Counted from the first letter of the whole stretch, positions 38,626 to 52,811 are shown. The stretch: 62,923 bases of DNA, filler included, from Octopus bimaculoides (GCF_001194135.2; 4 parts of 4 records of this genome joined end to end with filler, not necessarily neighbours in it), one strand, 5' to 3'. The notes: generated by a model from the sequence alone, not told the origin. Numbers and translations: made by a program.

Positions 38626-38671
38626 AACACGTGAGGAATCCTGGCGGATATATTAGCAGAAACGCTGTGTT
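38626..38671 (+). ncRNA. Degenerate second hammerhead motif (core mutated to GUGAGGA)
   Basis: AACAC-GUGAGGA...GAAACGCU-GUGUU; stem I AACAC/GUGUU is perfect, catalytic core is damaged. Confidence 0.4.
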
Positions 38672-39704
38672 AACAACAAACAAGATGAGGACAAATATCC
38701 GTCAAATGTAAATGATGTACATATTTCCTCATCGCTTAAATATAGAACAGTAGTGAACTATTAGACAAATAAATTTACTCGCACTATATACGAAAATCTT
38801 ATTAAGTAACTAACTAAATGTGTACTTATCTAGCTTGCTAAGTAACTAAATAAATGACTAAGTAGTTAAATAACTAAGTTTTTAGCTAAATAGCGTATAA
38901 AACAAATTATTATATTGTTTATTAGCTGCCTAGCTAAGTGACAAAGTAGCTACTGGCTAACGAGTTATTTGACAATCTAACAGACATGATATCCAGCTTG
39001 CTAATTACTGAGATAACGATTTAACAAACTAAGGAGCTGGTTAGTTTTAACAAATCAGATAGATGACTAATGAAGTAGATAGCTCGAGAGCTGACTATTT
39101 AACTAACAAAATAATTAAGTAGCTATGCATCTAAATAGCTTCAGTGCTAACTGATTAACAACCGACCTAAATAGCTAGCTGTTGAAGTATATTTTTAGCA
39201 AGGTACCTGATAAACAAAGTAACTAAATATTCATCTGCTACCTATATAGTTTATTAGCTAGCTAAGTAAATAATTATCGAACTAACTTCTTCACTACACG
39301 CCTAACTAATTACCTAGCTACTTTGTCACTTACTTAGGTAGTGCAAATAATATACACAAATGTACTAACTAACGTAAGTTAATTCTTAAGTAAGTAGGTA
39401 AATACGTGAAAGTTTAATTAACTCGATTGATAATTTGCTAACTACTAAACGAAATGAGAAACTAATAAAATTAACTAAGTAAATATTTAAGTACGAGTTT
39501 CTCTCTGATCATTTAACTAAACAATTAAGAAATGCATTAACTAAGTATCAATCAATCTCATTTGAGTTCTATATACCTAATGATTCAATGAATTAAGCAC
39601 CAGACTGACTTCAAAGATCTTCACTTTTGATCCAGATTGGATGACACATGCAAGATACGTCGGAATGTAAACACAAACTAAGAACCGATAAAATTGTTTC
39701 AAAT

Positions 39705-40677
39705 TTTGGTATAATGCCAGCAATTTTGGTGAGGGGTTTTCTTGATACTACCGACACCACTGTTCAATATACACTTATTTTAATGACAGGGAAAAATGTC
39801 AAAGTCTACTGCGGTTGAATTTGAACTCAGCACGCCGTCTTCAGACCGAAAACTGTGGCCCAAGCCAGTAGTTTCAACGGACGGGCAAGTTGATTACATT
39901 GACCTCAGAGTTCAGCAGGTACATATTTTATCAACCGGCAAAGATGAAAGGCAATGTCGACCGTAGCGGAATTTGAACTCAGAACATAAAAACAGACGAT
40001 TCTGCCAGTCTGTCACTTTCAGAAACTAGACAAATATTCTTTTCTACTCCAGGTACAAGACTCGAAATGTTGAGGGCGGGGGCCAGTCGATTAGATCGAC
40101 TCCAGTACGCAACTACTTCTTAATTTATCAACTCCGAAAGGTTGAAAGGAAAACACAACATCGGCGGAATTTGAACTCAGAACGTAAAGACGGACGAAAT
40201 GCCGCTAAATATTTCGCCCGGCGCTTTAAGAAACGAGTCAAATTTTTATTTCTTATTGCCCACAGGCGCCTAAACATAGAGGGGACAAACAAGGACAGAC
40301 AAAGTGATGAAGACAACTACATCGACTTCAGTGCGTAACTGGTACTTATTTAATCGACCCCGAAAGGATGAAAGCGAATTCGGCCTCAGAACGTAAAGAT
40401 AGGCGACATACCACTAAGCATTTCACCCGGCGTGCTAACATTTCTGCCAGATCGCCGCCTAAATTAGTCCTGTATTCTTTGTGCTCTAGGCCCGAAATTT
40501 TGGAAGAGGGGGTCAGTCAATTAGATCGACCCCAGTACGCAACTGGTACTTAATTTATCGGCCGCGAAAGGATGACAAAGTCGACATCGGTGGTATTTGA
40601 ACTAAGAAAGAAAAGACAAGCGAAATACCGCTAAGCATTTCGCCCGGCGTGCTAACGATTCTGCCAGCTCGCCGCCT
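39705..40677 (-). mobile_element. Cluster of five co-oriented family A SINE copies
   Basis: Copies at about 39705-39835, 39860-40010, 40039-40225, 40245-40460 and 40475-40677; 16-bp direct repeat AAACTAGACAAATATT at 40023-40038 and 40678-40693. Confidence 0.85.
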
Positions 40678-41086
40678 AAACTAGACAAATATTGTAAGAG
40701 TAAACAATATGTCGTGCTGTGGCAACTTTTTCTTCAAAACCAACGTAATTCAATCGATCTTGTGTGAAGAGAAGGTGAAGCTATTTAAGAATATAGAAAG
40801 AGGGACATTCGTGCATGAACACGACTACACATACACGAGGAAGAAAATCATTATAAACGCACGAACACGCGCGCAAGACCACACTTATATACACACACAT
40901 GGGTAGGCGCGTTTGTGTGCGCGCGCGTAGGTGTGCGTGTGTGCGCGTGTGTGTAGGTGTGGGTGTATTCGTGTGTGCGTGTGTGCGTGATAGTTTGCGT
41001 GCAGTTCAATGCATGTTTACAATAATCTCTCTTTCGATCTCCCTATGTTTATGTATATATCTTTCTCTCGTTCTATCTGTGTATAC

Positions 41087-41117
<31 letters not shown>

Positions 41118-41689
41118 TATATCTATCTATCTATCTATCTATCCATCCATCCATCCATCCATCTATATATCTATCTATTTATTTATCTATCGATATGTAT
41201 ATGTATATGTGCGTGTGTGTGTGTTGTGTGTGTTGTGTGTGCATGTGTAGATAAATGATACGTATAGATGTATATGTATATCATATACTCAAATACATGT
41301 AAATGTGTATGTGTATGTGTGAGTGTTTGTGTATGTGTGTTAGTGCATGTGTGTTACGCTTGTGTGTACGCGTGTGTGTGTATGTGTGTATGTGTGTGTG
41401 TTCCCGAAGACAAAATACATTGCGTTAAGCACATCTCTCTCCTATGCAGTTGGAGACCGTCAAAACAGTTCTCTGATTCTAACGTTGTGATAAAAGTTAC
41501 CTCCCTTGCATTCCACTTGGTGCCAAACTTCGGCTGCCTTCTGTGTTCTTGTAGCAGTAATCAGAGAAATCTACTTTCTTAGAAACTGCTTCATCTTTCT
41601 CTCTATCACTAATATTGTTTCTCTCTTACTCTGTTGTCCATGGCTCTTGCTAGTTTTCTCTTATTTCTCTCAGTTGCATATATTTATGT

Positions 41690-41875
41690 GAAATTTTCAC
41701 TCATTCGACTGCAGCAATCCTGGGCTTGCATCTTGAAAAATTTTAGTCGGGTCAATCGAATCCAGTGAATATTTTCTAGCTTTTCAAGTATGTCACTTAC
41801 TTTATCGGCTTCTCAAGGTGAGCCGCTAATTCAAGAGGACACAAGCAAACCAACAACGGTTCAAAAGCGGTGTGT
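41690..41875 (-). mobile_element. SINE family B 3' part, degenerate
   Basis: TCATTCGACTGCAGC..TTTTAGTCG..ATCGAATCCAG matches the reverse complement of the B tail. Confidence 0.6.
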
Positions 41876-42018
41876 GTGTGTGTGTATCCGTGGGCAAACA
41901 TGACCACAGATTCATGGATATAGTACATAGATATGTAGATATGTATCTATGTAAATATATAAAAATGTATGTGCGTGTATCCATATACACACACACATAC
42001 ATACATACATACATACAC

Positions 42019-42079
<61 letters not shown>

Positions 42080-42099
42080 GAGACTTATTTCTTTCACTT

Positions 42100-42735
42100 T
42101 ACATCTGGCAATTCCACTCATAAACCGTTGTTGAACCTGGTCTGTAAGAGAACCACTTGGCCAATGTGGCACACAGTTGAACTGAATCCGGAACCATGTG
42201 ATTGGGAAGCAAAATCCTTACCACATGGTCACAAGTATTTTCTGAATATTGTGGTTTCACCATGGAAATATAGTCTGTACGTTTTAGGCCGCCTAACTTG
42301 ATTAACATTTTGCTTATAATGTCTTTATCACATCTCTAGTTTTTTTTATGTATATTTGCGAATTAAATAGCGAATGTGTGCACATAAATTAAGAGTTTGT
42401 TTTATTTTTTTAAACGGCACATTTTTGTACATGAGGTGAATAGCGTTGTCAAAAAGGACAGCTTCAATACGGCACTGTTTTCAGCTCTATATTGATTTCA
42501 AACATAAAACGGAGCAAGGGACCAACATAACAAAGGATAGATAGATTCGATCCGCGTGTGTATGTGTGTATATATATATATGCGCGTGAGTTGTAAGTAG
42601 CTTGCTTCCCAACCACATGGTTTTGGGTTCAGTCGGACTGCGTTGCACCTTCGGCAAGTGTCTTCTACTACAGCCTTTGGTCGACCAAAGATTTGTGAGT
42701 GGATTTGTTTAAAAGATGCCCGTCGTATATACATG
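42100..42735. mobile_element. Two family B heads in divergent orientation (42100-42232 minus, 42585-42735 plus)
   Basis: Both match the family B 5' region. Confidence 0.7.
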
Positions 42736-43265
42736 TGTGTGTGTGTGTGTGCATGTGTGTGTGCATGTGTGTGTATGNNNNNNNNNNTATATGTATATAT
42801 ATACATGTAGATAAACACCCATATATGTGTTTTGTGTGTGTGTGTGTGTGCTTGTGTATTATAGTAGAACTGATTTGTATTGAATGAAGCCGGCAGTAAT
42901 AGATTTATTAGCATTATACCTGAGGTTGTGAATAACAAATATCTGATCTTGTATGTAGTTTGCAGGGTTTAAGCTAAACATTGAGGCATTAAGCTGTGTT
43001 ATGTGAGAAAACAATTTCACGTGACTGTGCATGTATAAGGTTAACTGAGGCAGACCATTGATAGAGCTAGCCTTCAAATGATTTGTCAAACAAGTACACG
43101 CTATTGGTCGCATGTTTGTATGTGTGTGTGGTTGTTTGTCAATATATTTAAGAGTAAGTATGTAAATACACACATACACACACGCGCGCGTATATATATG
43201 TATGTATATATATATATATATNNNNNNNNNNNNNNNNNNNNNNNNNNNNNNNNNNNNNNNNNNNN

Positions 43266-43277
43266 TTAATTAATTAA
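43266..43277. other. Artificial assembly linker TTAATTAATTAA
   Basis: As at 26809. Confidence 0.85.
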
Positions 43278-43347
43278 NNNNNNNNNNNNNNNNNNNNNNN
43301 NNNNNNNNNNNNNNNNNNNNNTATAGATAACACAAGTGGATCGAAGT

Positions 43348-43370
43348 ACTTCCGGAAGTTACCGGAAGTG
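43348..43370. promoter_or_regulatory. Clustered ETS/GABP-type sites (ACTTCCGGAAGT palindrome plus ACCGGAAGTG)
   Basis: Motif match only; three CCGGAAGT cores in 23 bp. Confidence 0.3.
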
Positions 43371-43489
43371 CAGTAAAACACACCATTATATACTTAACAA
43401 GACTTACCCGCAGCTGTTTTTGCTCTGCGTTGTAATCCTTTGCATCGCTTTGCATTGCTTTTAATGATATTCTTCTGGTTTTTGTTGCT

Positions 43490-43733
43490 GCTATCATTGT
43501 TGTTGTTATTGTTGTAGTTGTTGTTGTTGTTGTTGTTGTTGTGGTGGTGGTGGTGGTAGTAGTGGCTTTGGTGTAGTTTGTGCAGTAGTTTTCATCGTAC
43601 AGTTGTTGTAGTTAAATCTGTCGTGGTTGTAGTCGGATTTTCAGCGTTGGTTGTTGTCTTGAAATTTTGGTGTTTGAAGTCGCTGATGTTTTAGTTGTCT
43701 TTATTATTATTATTATCATCATCATCATTATTA

Positions 43734-43774
<41 letters not shown>

Positions 43775-44190
43775 TTTCATTGCAGTAGTAGTAGTAGCAA
43801 TTGTACTAGTAGTTGTAGTTGTGATATAGTTTCAGCCGTTGTTGCTTTAAAAGTTGTGACTCTACTCGTCTTGTTATCACGGTTGTTGTGAAAATATTCT
43901 GGAGTGTGAAGATGTTGTTGTTGTTGTTGTTGTTGTTGTTGGGGAAATGGTTGATGTTGTGAGTGTTGTGATCGTTGTATAGTGTATGCTGTAGCTCTAG
44001 CTCTAGCTCTACTCGTGGTTGCTGTACAGAAATTCGGAGTTTGAAGATGTTATTGCTGATGTTGCGGTTGTTGTTGTTGATGCGGCAATTGTTGCTACTG
44101 CTTATGTAGCATATGCTGTAGTCGTGTAGTTGTTGTTGCTGTTGAGGATCTAGTTGCTTGTTGTTGTCGTCGTGTATGTGTGTTTGTGCT
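43490..44190. repeat. Degenerate (GTT/GTA/ATT)n low-complexity tract
   Basis: Direct. Confidence 0.9.
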
Positions 44191-44395
44191 TGTGGTTGTC
44201 CCTCAACATCGCTTGACAACCGCTGTTGCTGTATTTACATCGCCCCTAACATAGCGGATCGGCAAAAGGAGACCGATAATTACCAGGTTTAAAAAGAAAA
44301 AAAGATAAGTAATGGGGGTCGATCCCTCTGAACTAAAGAAATTCTTCAAGACGGTGCCCTAGCATGGCCGCAGTTGAAATAAATAAGAGAAAGAA
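44190..44395 (+). mobile_element. SINE family B 3' half
   Basis: CATCGCTTGACAACCG..TAGCGGATCGGCAAAAGGAGACCGATA..AGCATGGCCGCAG. Confidence 0.75.
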
Positions 44396-44519
44396 AATTA
44401 AAGATACAGTCCCTAAGTTTAAAAATATAATACGATTTTGGTTATGGGAGTCCATACGAATTAATTAGTAATCAAAGGGGTCCATAGCAAAAAAAAAAAT
44501 AAAAGAACAAGAAACAAAA

Positions 44520-45268
44520 TGGTGGCGAATCAGTGCACCTAGTAGGTAACACCGCCTTTGCGTTCACGAATAGAAGTTTAGACAGCGCTGTTTGCCTGCT
44601 GCTGGTCCTGAAGCAGCATCGGATCATTTTCGTCGATGTATTGTTAAAACGCATCGACGTCGTTGGCTGTTTCCTGAATAACGCCTGTTGGTAGTGTGTG
44701 CGAGCCCGTTCTGCTGACATTCGGTAGACCATAAAATGAAAAGTCGTTACAGCCGACAGTAAGTAGGCTGTCCTCAATGTCGATGAGTGCTCTGTTGAAA
44801 CTGTTGAAAACATCGTTGAAACCGACGTTCAAGTGAGAAAACAAAAGTTGTCCTTGGTGGTGGTACTCCTCTGAAAGATCTTTCTTGTATTTTTCACATA
44901 AGGTTACAGGATCACTGAGTTCGCATATTTGTCGTAGTACTGCAAAGAGCTTTCGAAGACTCCTCGCCGAGCGTATTGTAGCTGCTTCCGCCATTGTTGA
45001 GTCCCACTGAGTGCCGTCTTCTAGCAGGTCACGTTTAAGGCAGGCTTCGCGGCATTTAGCAAAAACTTCACCGTTGAAGCTTTTCAGGTTGTCGAAAGAT
45101 GTCGGTCCCGTGACCTCATGCAGTAGTAGGCGAAGGTAAATACATTCCTGTTGGTTAGGGGCGAACTGTGTAAACTCTTCCAAGGATGGGTGAAGATTTT
45201 AAGTTTGGCTGCCCCTCGACGGCTTGTCCTTGTTTCCTTGATTCCCAAATGCGTGTTTTCATTTTCCA
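44520..45268 (-). pseudogene. Helitron RepHel relic (region between the Rep nuclease and the PIF1 helicase)
   Basis: WESRKQGQAVEGQP..LGRVYTVRP, frameshift, then ECIYLRLLLHEVTGPTSFDNLK..REACLKRDLLED..W..LFA..C..SDP..L.EKYK..LSE; stops, then truncation just before the expected Walker A. Confidence 0.85.
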
Positions 45269-46082
45269 NNNNNNNNNNNNNNNNNNNNNNNNNNNNNNNN
45301 NNNNNNNNNNNNNNNNNNNNNNNNNNNNNNNNNNNNNNNNNNNNNNNNNNNNNNNNNNNNNNNNNNNNNNNNNNNNNNNNNNNNNNNNNNNNNNNNNNNN
45401 NNNNNNNNNNNNNNNNNNNNNNNNNNNNNNNNNNNNNNNNNNNNNNNNNNNNNNNNNNNNNNNNNNNNNNNNNNNNNNNNNNNNNNNNNNNNNNNNNNNN
45501 NNNNNNNNNNNNNNNNNNNNNNNNNNNNNNNNNNNNNNNNNNNNNNNNNNNNNNNNNNNNNNNNNNNNNNNNNNNNNNNNNNNNNNNNNNNNNNNNNNNN
45601 NNNNNNNNNNNNNNNNNNNNNNNNNNNNNNNNNNNNNNNNNNNNNNNNNNNNNNNNNNNNNNNNNNNNNNNNNNNNNNNNNNNNNNNNNNNNNNNNNNNN
45701 NNNNNNNNNNNNNNNNNNNNNNNNNNNNNNNNNNNNNNNNNNNNNNNNNNNNNNNNNNNNNNNNNNNNNNNNNNNNNNNNNNNNNNNNNNNNNNNNNNNN
45801 NNNNNNNNNNNNNNNNNNNNNNNNNNNNNNNNNNNNNNNNNNNNNNNNNNNNNNNNNNNNNNNNNNNNNNNNNNNNNNNNNNNNNNNNNNNNNNNNNNNN
45901 NNNNNNNNNNNNNNNNNNNNNNNNNNNNNNNNNNNNNNNNNNNNNNNNNNNNNNNNNNNNNNNNNNNNNNNNNNNNNNNNNNNNNNNNNNNNNNNNNNNN
46001 NNNNNNNNNNNNNNNNNNNNNNNNNNNNNNNNNNNNNNNNNNNNNNNNNNNNNATATATATAAATGATTCACCTAAATATCA

Positions 46083-46134
<52 letters not shown>

Positions 46135-47392
46135 CATCCATCTATCTATAAACACACACCTTTACACCTATCTACATATATTTAGATACAATTCCAGTTT
46201 ATTAATACTTCTTTACTTATTTAATTCACTTCATACTAAATTATTATTACTAGTAATACTAAACTTATTTCTCTCAATATTGATATTGTTGCAGTTGTTA
46301 TTGTTTATGTTGTTGTAGTTCTGTTTGTTGTCCATGTTGTTGTTGTAGTTGTTCTCGGTTGTGTATCGTTTGCAGCGGTTAACTTTTAATGTTTTTTCCT
46401 ATCCTTCTATCAACGAAGTTTTCTTTATATTGTTTACAGGCAATTTATATACATACATATACATACATACATACACACACATACATACATACATACATAA
46501 ATATATATATGTATATATATATATATATATATATNNNNNNNNNNNNNNNNNNNNNNNNNNNNNNNNNNNNNNNNNNNNNNNNNNNNNNNNNNNNNNNNNN
46601 NNNNNNNNNNNNNNNNNNNNNNNNNNNNNNNNNNNNNNNNNNNNNNNNNNNNNNNNNNNNNNNNNNNNNNNNNNNNNNNNNNNNNNNNNNNNNNNNNNNN
46701 NNNNNNNNNNNNNNNNNNNNNNNNNNNNNNNNNNNNNNNNNNNNNNNNNNNNNNNNNNNNNNNNNNNNNNNNNNNNNNNNNNNNNNNNNNNNNNNNNNNN
46801 NNNNNNNNNNNNNNNNNNNNNNNNNNNNNNNNNNNNNNNNNNNNNNNNNNNNNNNNNNNNNNNNNNNNNNNNNNNNNNNNNNNNNNNNNNNNNNNNNNNN
46901 NNNNNNNNNNNNNNNNNNNNNNNNNNNNNNNNNNNNNNNNNNNNNNNNNNNNNNNNNNNNNNNNNNNNNNNNNNNNNNNNNNNNNNNNNNNNNNNNNNNN
47001 NNNNNNNNNNNNNNNNNNNNNNNNNNNNNNNNNNNNNNNNNNNNNNNNNNNNNNNNNNNNNNNNNNNNNNNNNNNNNNNNNNNNNNNNNNNNNNNNNNNN
47101 NNNNNNNNNNNNNNNNNNNNNNNNNNNNNNNNNNNNNNNNNNNNNNNNNNNNNNNNNNNNNNNNNNNNNNNNNNNNNNNNNNNNNNNNNNNNNNNNNNNN
47201 NNNNNNNNNNNNNNNNNNNNNNNNNNNNNNNNNNNNNNNNNNNNNNNNNNNNNNNNNNNNNNNNNNNNNNNNNNNNNNNNNTATATATACACTTACGTAC
47301 ATATTTATATGCATAGGCTCTTATATATGATATCATCCAGACCTTAACTTATGCCTATTTCTATATGGATGTATATATGGACGTATATACGG

Positions 47393-47424
<32 letters not shown>

Positions 47425-47514
47425 TTGTGTGCGTGTGTATGCATATGGACTCAAAAGTAGTACTTAGCCAGACGTGCAAGAAAAAGTAATCCACATGTAT
47501 AAATACATATATAT

Positions 47515-47586
<72 letters not shown>

Positions 47587-48020
47587 AAATTATATGTTTA
47601 TATGCATATAGTTCTGTATGTGCTTATATCTATATAGTCATACAGACATACACGGACATACACCACACGCACGCACACACACTCATACCCACGCGCATGC
47701 ACATACACACAAATATACATACATACTTACATACATACATACATACACACATAGACACTTTCGTGTGTGTGTGTGTACGCATTTCTACGCAAAACGCACG
47801 TAGCCAGAGTTATAGGAACGCAACTATATTGAAGAACACACAGACATTCTTCAGATCACAGCATGGAATATCTCTCGGGAGTCTTGTGAACTCTATCAAA
47901 GACAAATGGTAAAACAGAACTGCTTCTAGACAGAATCATTCCGCTTTTCATTCGGCAGTCTTTAAAGTGTTCTCTTTAGGGGACACACGAAGAACGGACA
48001 CTTATAAACGTATACGAACC

Positions 48021-48074
<54 letters not shown>

Positions 48075-48510
48075 NNNNNNNNNNNNNNNNNNNNNNNNNN
48101 NNNNNNNNNNNNNNNNNNNNNNNNNNNNNNNNNNNNNNNNNNNNNNNNNNNNNNNNNNNNNNNNNNNNNNNNNNNNNNNNNNNNNNNNNNNNNNNNNNNN
48201 NNNNNNNNNNNNNNNNNNNNNNNNNNNNNNNNNNNNNNNNNNNNNNNNNNNNNNNNNNNNNNNNNNNNNNNNNNNNNNNNNNNNNNNNNNNNNNNNNNNN
48301 NNNNNNNNNNNNNNACACACACACACACACGCACGCACACACACACACACATATCTACATATACATATACACATATACATACGTGTCTATACACATATAT
48401 ATATATTTATGAATATATACATACAGGCATAGACAAATATACATGCAGGCATACATAGGCGCGCGCACACACACACACGGTTCTACCTGTCAGGGTGCCA
48501 TCTTCCGGTT

Positions 48511-48547
<37 letters not shown>

Positions 48548-48628
48548 AATAGAGAGAGAGATGGATGGATGAATGGATGTATATTGTTATTATTATTTTG
48601 GTTTGGCTCGGGTTCGGTCTTATTCCAG

Positions 48629-48714
48629 GTAGGGTTTTTGTGGGTAGCGGTAACCCGTTATCTGGAAAAAAAGCATTATCTTAATGTAGTTACAACACAC
48701 TTATTCCAAAAGAG
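48629..48714 (+). CDS. Candidate exon E (VGFLWVAVTRYLEKKHYLNVVTTHLFQK, phase 0 to 2)
   Basis: Acceptor tcggtcttattccag|, strong donor GAG|gtgagt; single open frame. Lies beyond two linkers and could instead be a non-coding first exon. Confidence 0.4.
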
Positions 48715-48759
48715 GTGAGTGTATGTGTGTACACGCGTACATGTATGCATGTGTGTATA

Positions 48760-48801
<42 letters not shown>

Positions 48802-48885
48802 CAAGTATGTGTATATAAATACTTCATAATTTTATATATTTGCGTGTAGCTATTTTGTATATAAATATATACTTATATACAGATA

Positions 48886-48936
<51 letters not shown>

Positions 48937-48963
48937 ATGTATGCCTGCATGTATATACAGATA

Positions 48964-49012
<49 letters not shown>

Positions 49013-49431
49013 ATGTATGCCTGTGTGTTGTAAGGGTGATGGTGGAATAATGGGAAGTAATGGGGACTTGTGAAACGCCGTCAGGGAAAGGTGGTGGGGC
49101 ATTTAGGTGCCAAATGCAGGGTGGCAGTGATGGCGAGCGATACCAAGAGAAAGTCAGTTTATTGCTAATGATAGTAATTTACAAACAACCTAATTATATT
49201 AAAAGATCGTTGTTAACCATAGTGTAAAATGTGGTCATTGACACAAACACATACACATACATACATATACACGTACACATACACACATGCACACACACAC
49301 ACACACACATAATGTAAACACACACACATACACATATATAGACGCAAACACATAAACACAGACATATATACACACGCACAAACACACACATACATACATA
49401 TACACACATACACACACGCATACATGCACAT

Positions 49432-49468
<37 letters not shown>

Positions 49469-50012
49469 CATACACAGATACATGCACATACATAATTATG
49501 TTCTCTAGCCGGCAACATATACTGCAGTGAATTATCCTCTGCACAACTGTTTCCGGAGTTAAGCGCGCCAGAGCTGGGACATTTGAAAAATAACCCCAAT
49601 GTAATCGGTAGAACTGTACGCACGTCTAATTTTATGAAGACAATTCGTGTATATCTCTGCAAATTATATTGATTTTATAACGACTGTGCAAGGATACAGC
49701 GAAGTCATGGGATTGCAGCGTGGCAGATTGTGGAGAGGCAATAGAAGAGCTCAAGTGACCCAATGGTGTTTCTTTCAGTGATGCTGAGCGGAGGAATCCT
49801 AGAAGATCAACGGTCAGGATCAGCAGACTTTACCAAGAGAGTAACTGCAAAGTATCAATAGGCGTGACATCCATGGTTGTGTAATCAGCTAATGAAAGAC
49901 TCACTATGACTCCAGCTTCGAAATCAAATTCATAATAATGAAACTGCATGGCGACAGAGAGTCATGAGAATCCACGAATCCTTATGCATTTATATGGTTC
50001 TTATATACATAC

Positions 50013-50046
<34 letters not shown>

Positions 50047-51088
50047 NNNNNNNNNNNNNNNNNNNNNNNNNNNNNNNNNNNNNNNNNNNNNNNNNNNNNN
50101 NNNNNNNNNNNNNNNNNNNNNNNNNNNNNNNNNNNNNNNNNNNNNNNNNNNNNNNNNNNNNNNNNNNNNNNNNNNNNNNNNNNNNNNNNNNNNNNNNNNN
50201 NNNNNNNNNNNNNNNNNNNNNNNNNNNNNNNNNNNNNNNNNNNNNNNNNNNNNNNNNNNNNNNNNNNNNNNNNNNNNNNNNNNNNNNNNNNNNNNNNNNN
50301 NNNNNNNNNNNNNNNNNNNNNNNNNNNNNNNNNNNNNNNNNNNNNNNNNNNNNNNNNNNNNNNNNNNNNNNNNNNNNNNNNNNNNNNNNNNNNNNNNNNN
50401 NNNNNNNNNNNNNNNNNNNNNNNNNNNNNNNNNNNNNNNNNNNNNNNNNNNNNNNNNNNNNNNNNNNNNNNNNNNNNNNNNNNNNNNNNNNNNNNNNNNN
50501 NNNNNNNNNNNNNNNNNNNNNNNNNNNNNNNNNNNNNNNNNNNNNNNNNNNNNNNNNNNNNNNNNNNNNNNNNNNNNNNNNNNNNNNNNNNNNNNNNNNN
50601 NNNNNNNNNNNNNNNNNNNNNNNNNNNNNNNNNNNNNNNNNNNNNNNNNNNNNNNNNNNNNNNNNNNNNNNNNNNNNNNNNNNNNNNNNNNNNNNNNNNN
50701 NNNNNNNNNNNNNTGGGGTGATGGGGTGGGTGGGTGGAGTGTTGGTGGGGAGGGGAGTTTCGGGTTTGAGAGAATTTAGAAAATATAATGAGATTAGCCT
50801 TCGGAGTGTCTTTCGATCGTTAGTGATGGCCAGGAGGGGACTGCGTGGAATAGAAAGAGTGGAGAGAAGCGTGTGTGTGTGTGTCTGTGGGGGGAGGATA
50901 CACACACGCATTCATGCACACCCATAAATGCACACATACACACACACACTCATGCACACATGTATATTGCATACATACACACATTTGTATATATATAAAT
51001 GTGTGTACACGTGTGTGTGTCTGTCTGTGTGTGTGTGTGTATGTGTTTTGCCTGCATGTAAATATATACGCATATATACGTATATATA

Positions 51089-51135
<47 letters not shown>

Positions 51136-52157
51136 GAAGAGTGAGACGTTTCTAGCTTTATTGATACAGAGATAATTAGAGAAAGAATTAGCTTGGTAGA
51201 TACATAGACAGGTAGACAAATGAATAGTTGTGTGTGTGTANNNNNNNNNNNNNNNNNNNNNNNNNNNNNNNNNNNNNNNNNNNNNNNNNNNNNNNNNNNN
51301 NNNNNNNNNNNNNNNNNNNNNNNNNNNNNNNNNNNNNNNNNNNNNNNNNNNNNNNNNNNNNNNNNNNNNNNNNNNNNNNNNNNNNNNNNNNNNNNNNNNN
51401 NNNNNNNNNNNNNNNNNNNNNNNNNNNNNNNNNNNNNNNNNNNNNNNNNNNNNNNNNNNNNNNNNNNNNNNNNNNNNNNNNNNNNNNNNNNNNNNNNNNN
51501 NNNNNNNNNNNNNNNNNNNNNNNNNNNNNNNNNNNNNNNNNNNNNNNNNNNNNNNNNNNNNNNNNNNNNNNNNNNNNNNNNNNNNNNNNNNNNNNNNNNN
51601 NNNNNNNNNNNNNNNNNNNNNNNNNNNNNNNNNNNNNNNNNNNNNNNNNNNNNNNNNNNNNNNNNNNNNNNNNNNNNNNNNNNNNNNNNNNNNNNNNNNN
51701 NNNNNNNNNNNNNNNNNNNNNNNNNNNNNNNNNNNNNNNNNNNNNNNNNNNNNNNNNNNNNNNNNNNNNNNNNNNNNNNNNNNNNNNNNNNNNNNNNNNN
51801 NNNNNNNNNNNNNNNNNNNNNNNNNNNNNNNNNNNNNNNNNNNNNNNNNNNNNNNNNNNNNNNNNNNNNNNNNNNNNNNNNNNNNNNNNNNNNNNNNNNN
51901 NNNNTGAGAGAAAGAGAGAGGATAACATTGTATAGAGAGAGATGGTTAGACAGAAAGACAAATTGATAGTTGCATAACTGGTACGGAGACAGATGCATGC
52001 ATATATATATATACATACATTCACACGTACATGCGTACATACCCATGCCTGTATAACCAGAGAGAATGAGAGGGGAGAGAAAGAAGGCGTGGAGAAGACA
52101 GATAGATATACACACATGCGTACACACACATACTAGTCACACCCATGCACATATTGA

Positions 52158-52191
<34 letters not shown>

Positions 52192-52637
52192 ACATATACA
52201 CACATATCTCAAGGACAAAAAATTCGAGAGGTAAAGGAATAGATAAATAGATATATAACTGGTTGAATGGCTCAATGACTATATAGATAGATATATTTAC
52301 AAAGAAAATTAGCTAACTACATGCTTAGATAGATAACATGATGAAACTGTTGATGACGACAACGACGACGACGACGATGTCGAGTATGATGATGATGCTG
52401 CTGATGATGACAATGATGGTAGTTCATGTACGTATGTATGGGTGTGTGTGTGTGTGTGAGAGAGAGAGAGAATGTGAGATTACGTGAACGTGTCTTAATA
52501 ATGATGAAACGTTGATGAGACTGATGACTAAAAGAAAATGGCTCCTTTACGTTTATCGTCTGCCTTTAATACTGTCTGCCTGTCTCTCTGTGTACCTGCC
52601 TGTCTATACATATCTATCTGCCTGTCTGTCTGTATGC

Positions 52638-52692
<55 letters not shown>

Positions 52693-52699
52693 ATCTATC

Positions 52700-52753
<54 letters not shown>

Positions 52754-52756
52754 GTC

Positions 52757-52811
<55 letters not shown>

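Noticed and set aside
41790-41825. Strong donor AAG|gtgagc suggesting an exon
   Set aside because: Lies inside a degenerate family B SINE tail.
49780-49945. Minus-strand DFEAGVIV resembling a Tc1 transposase N-terminus
   Set aside because: Match too short and no downstream motifs.
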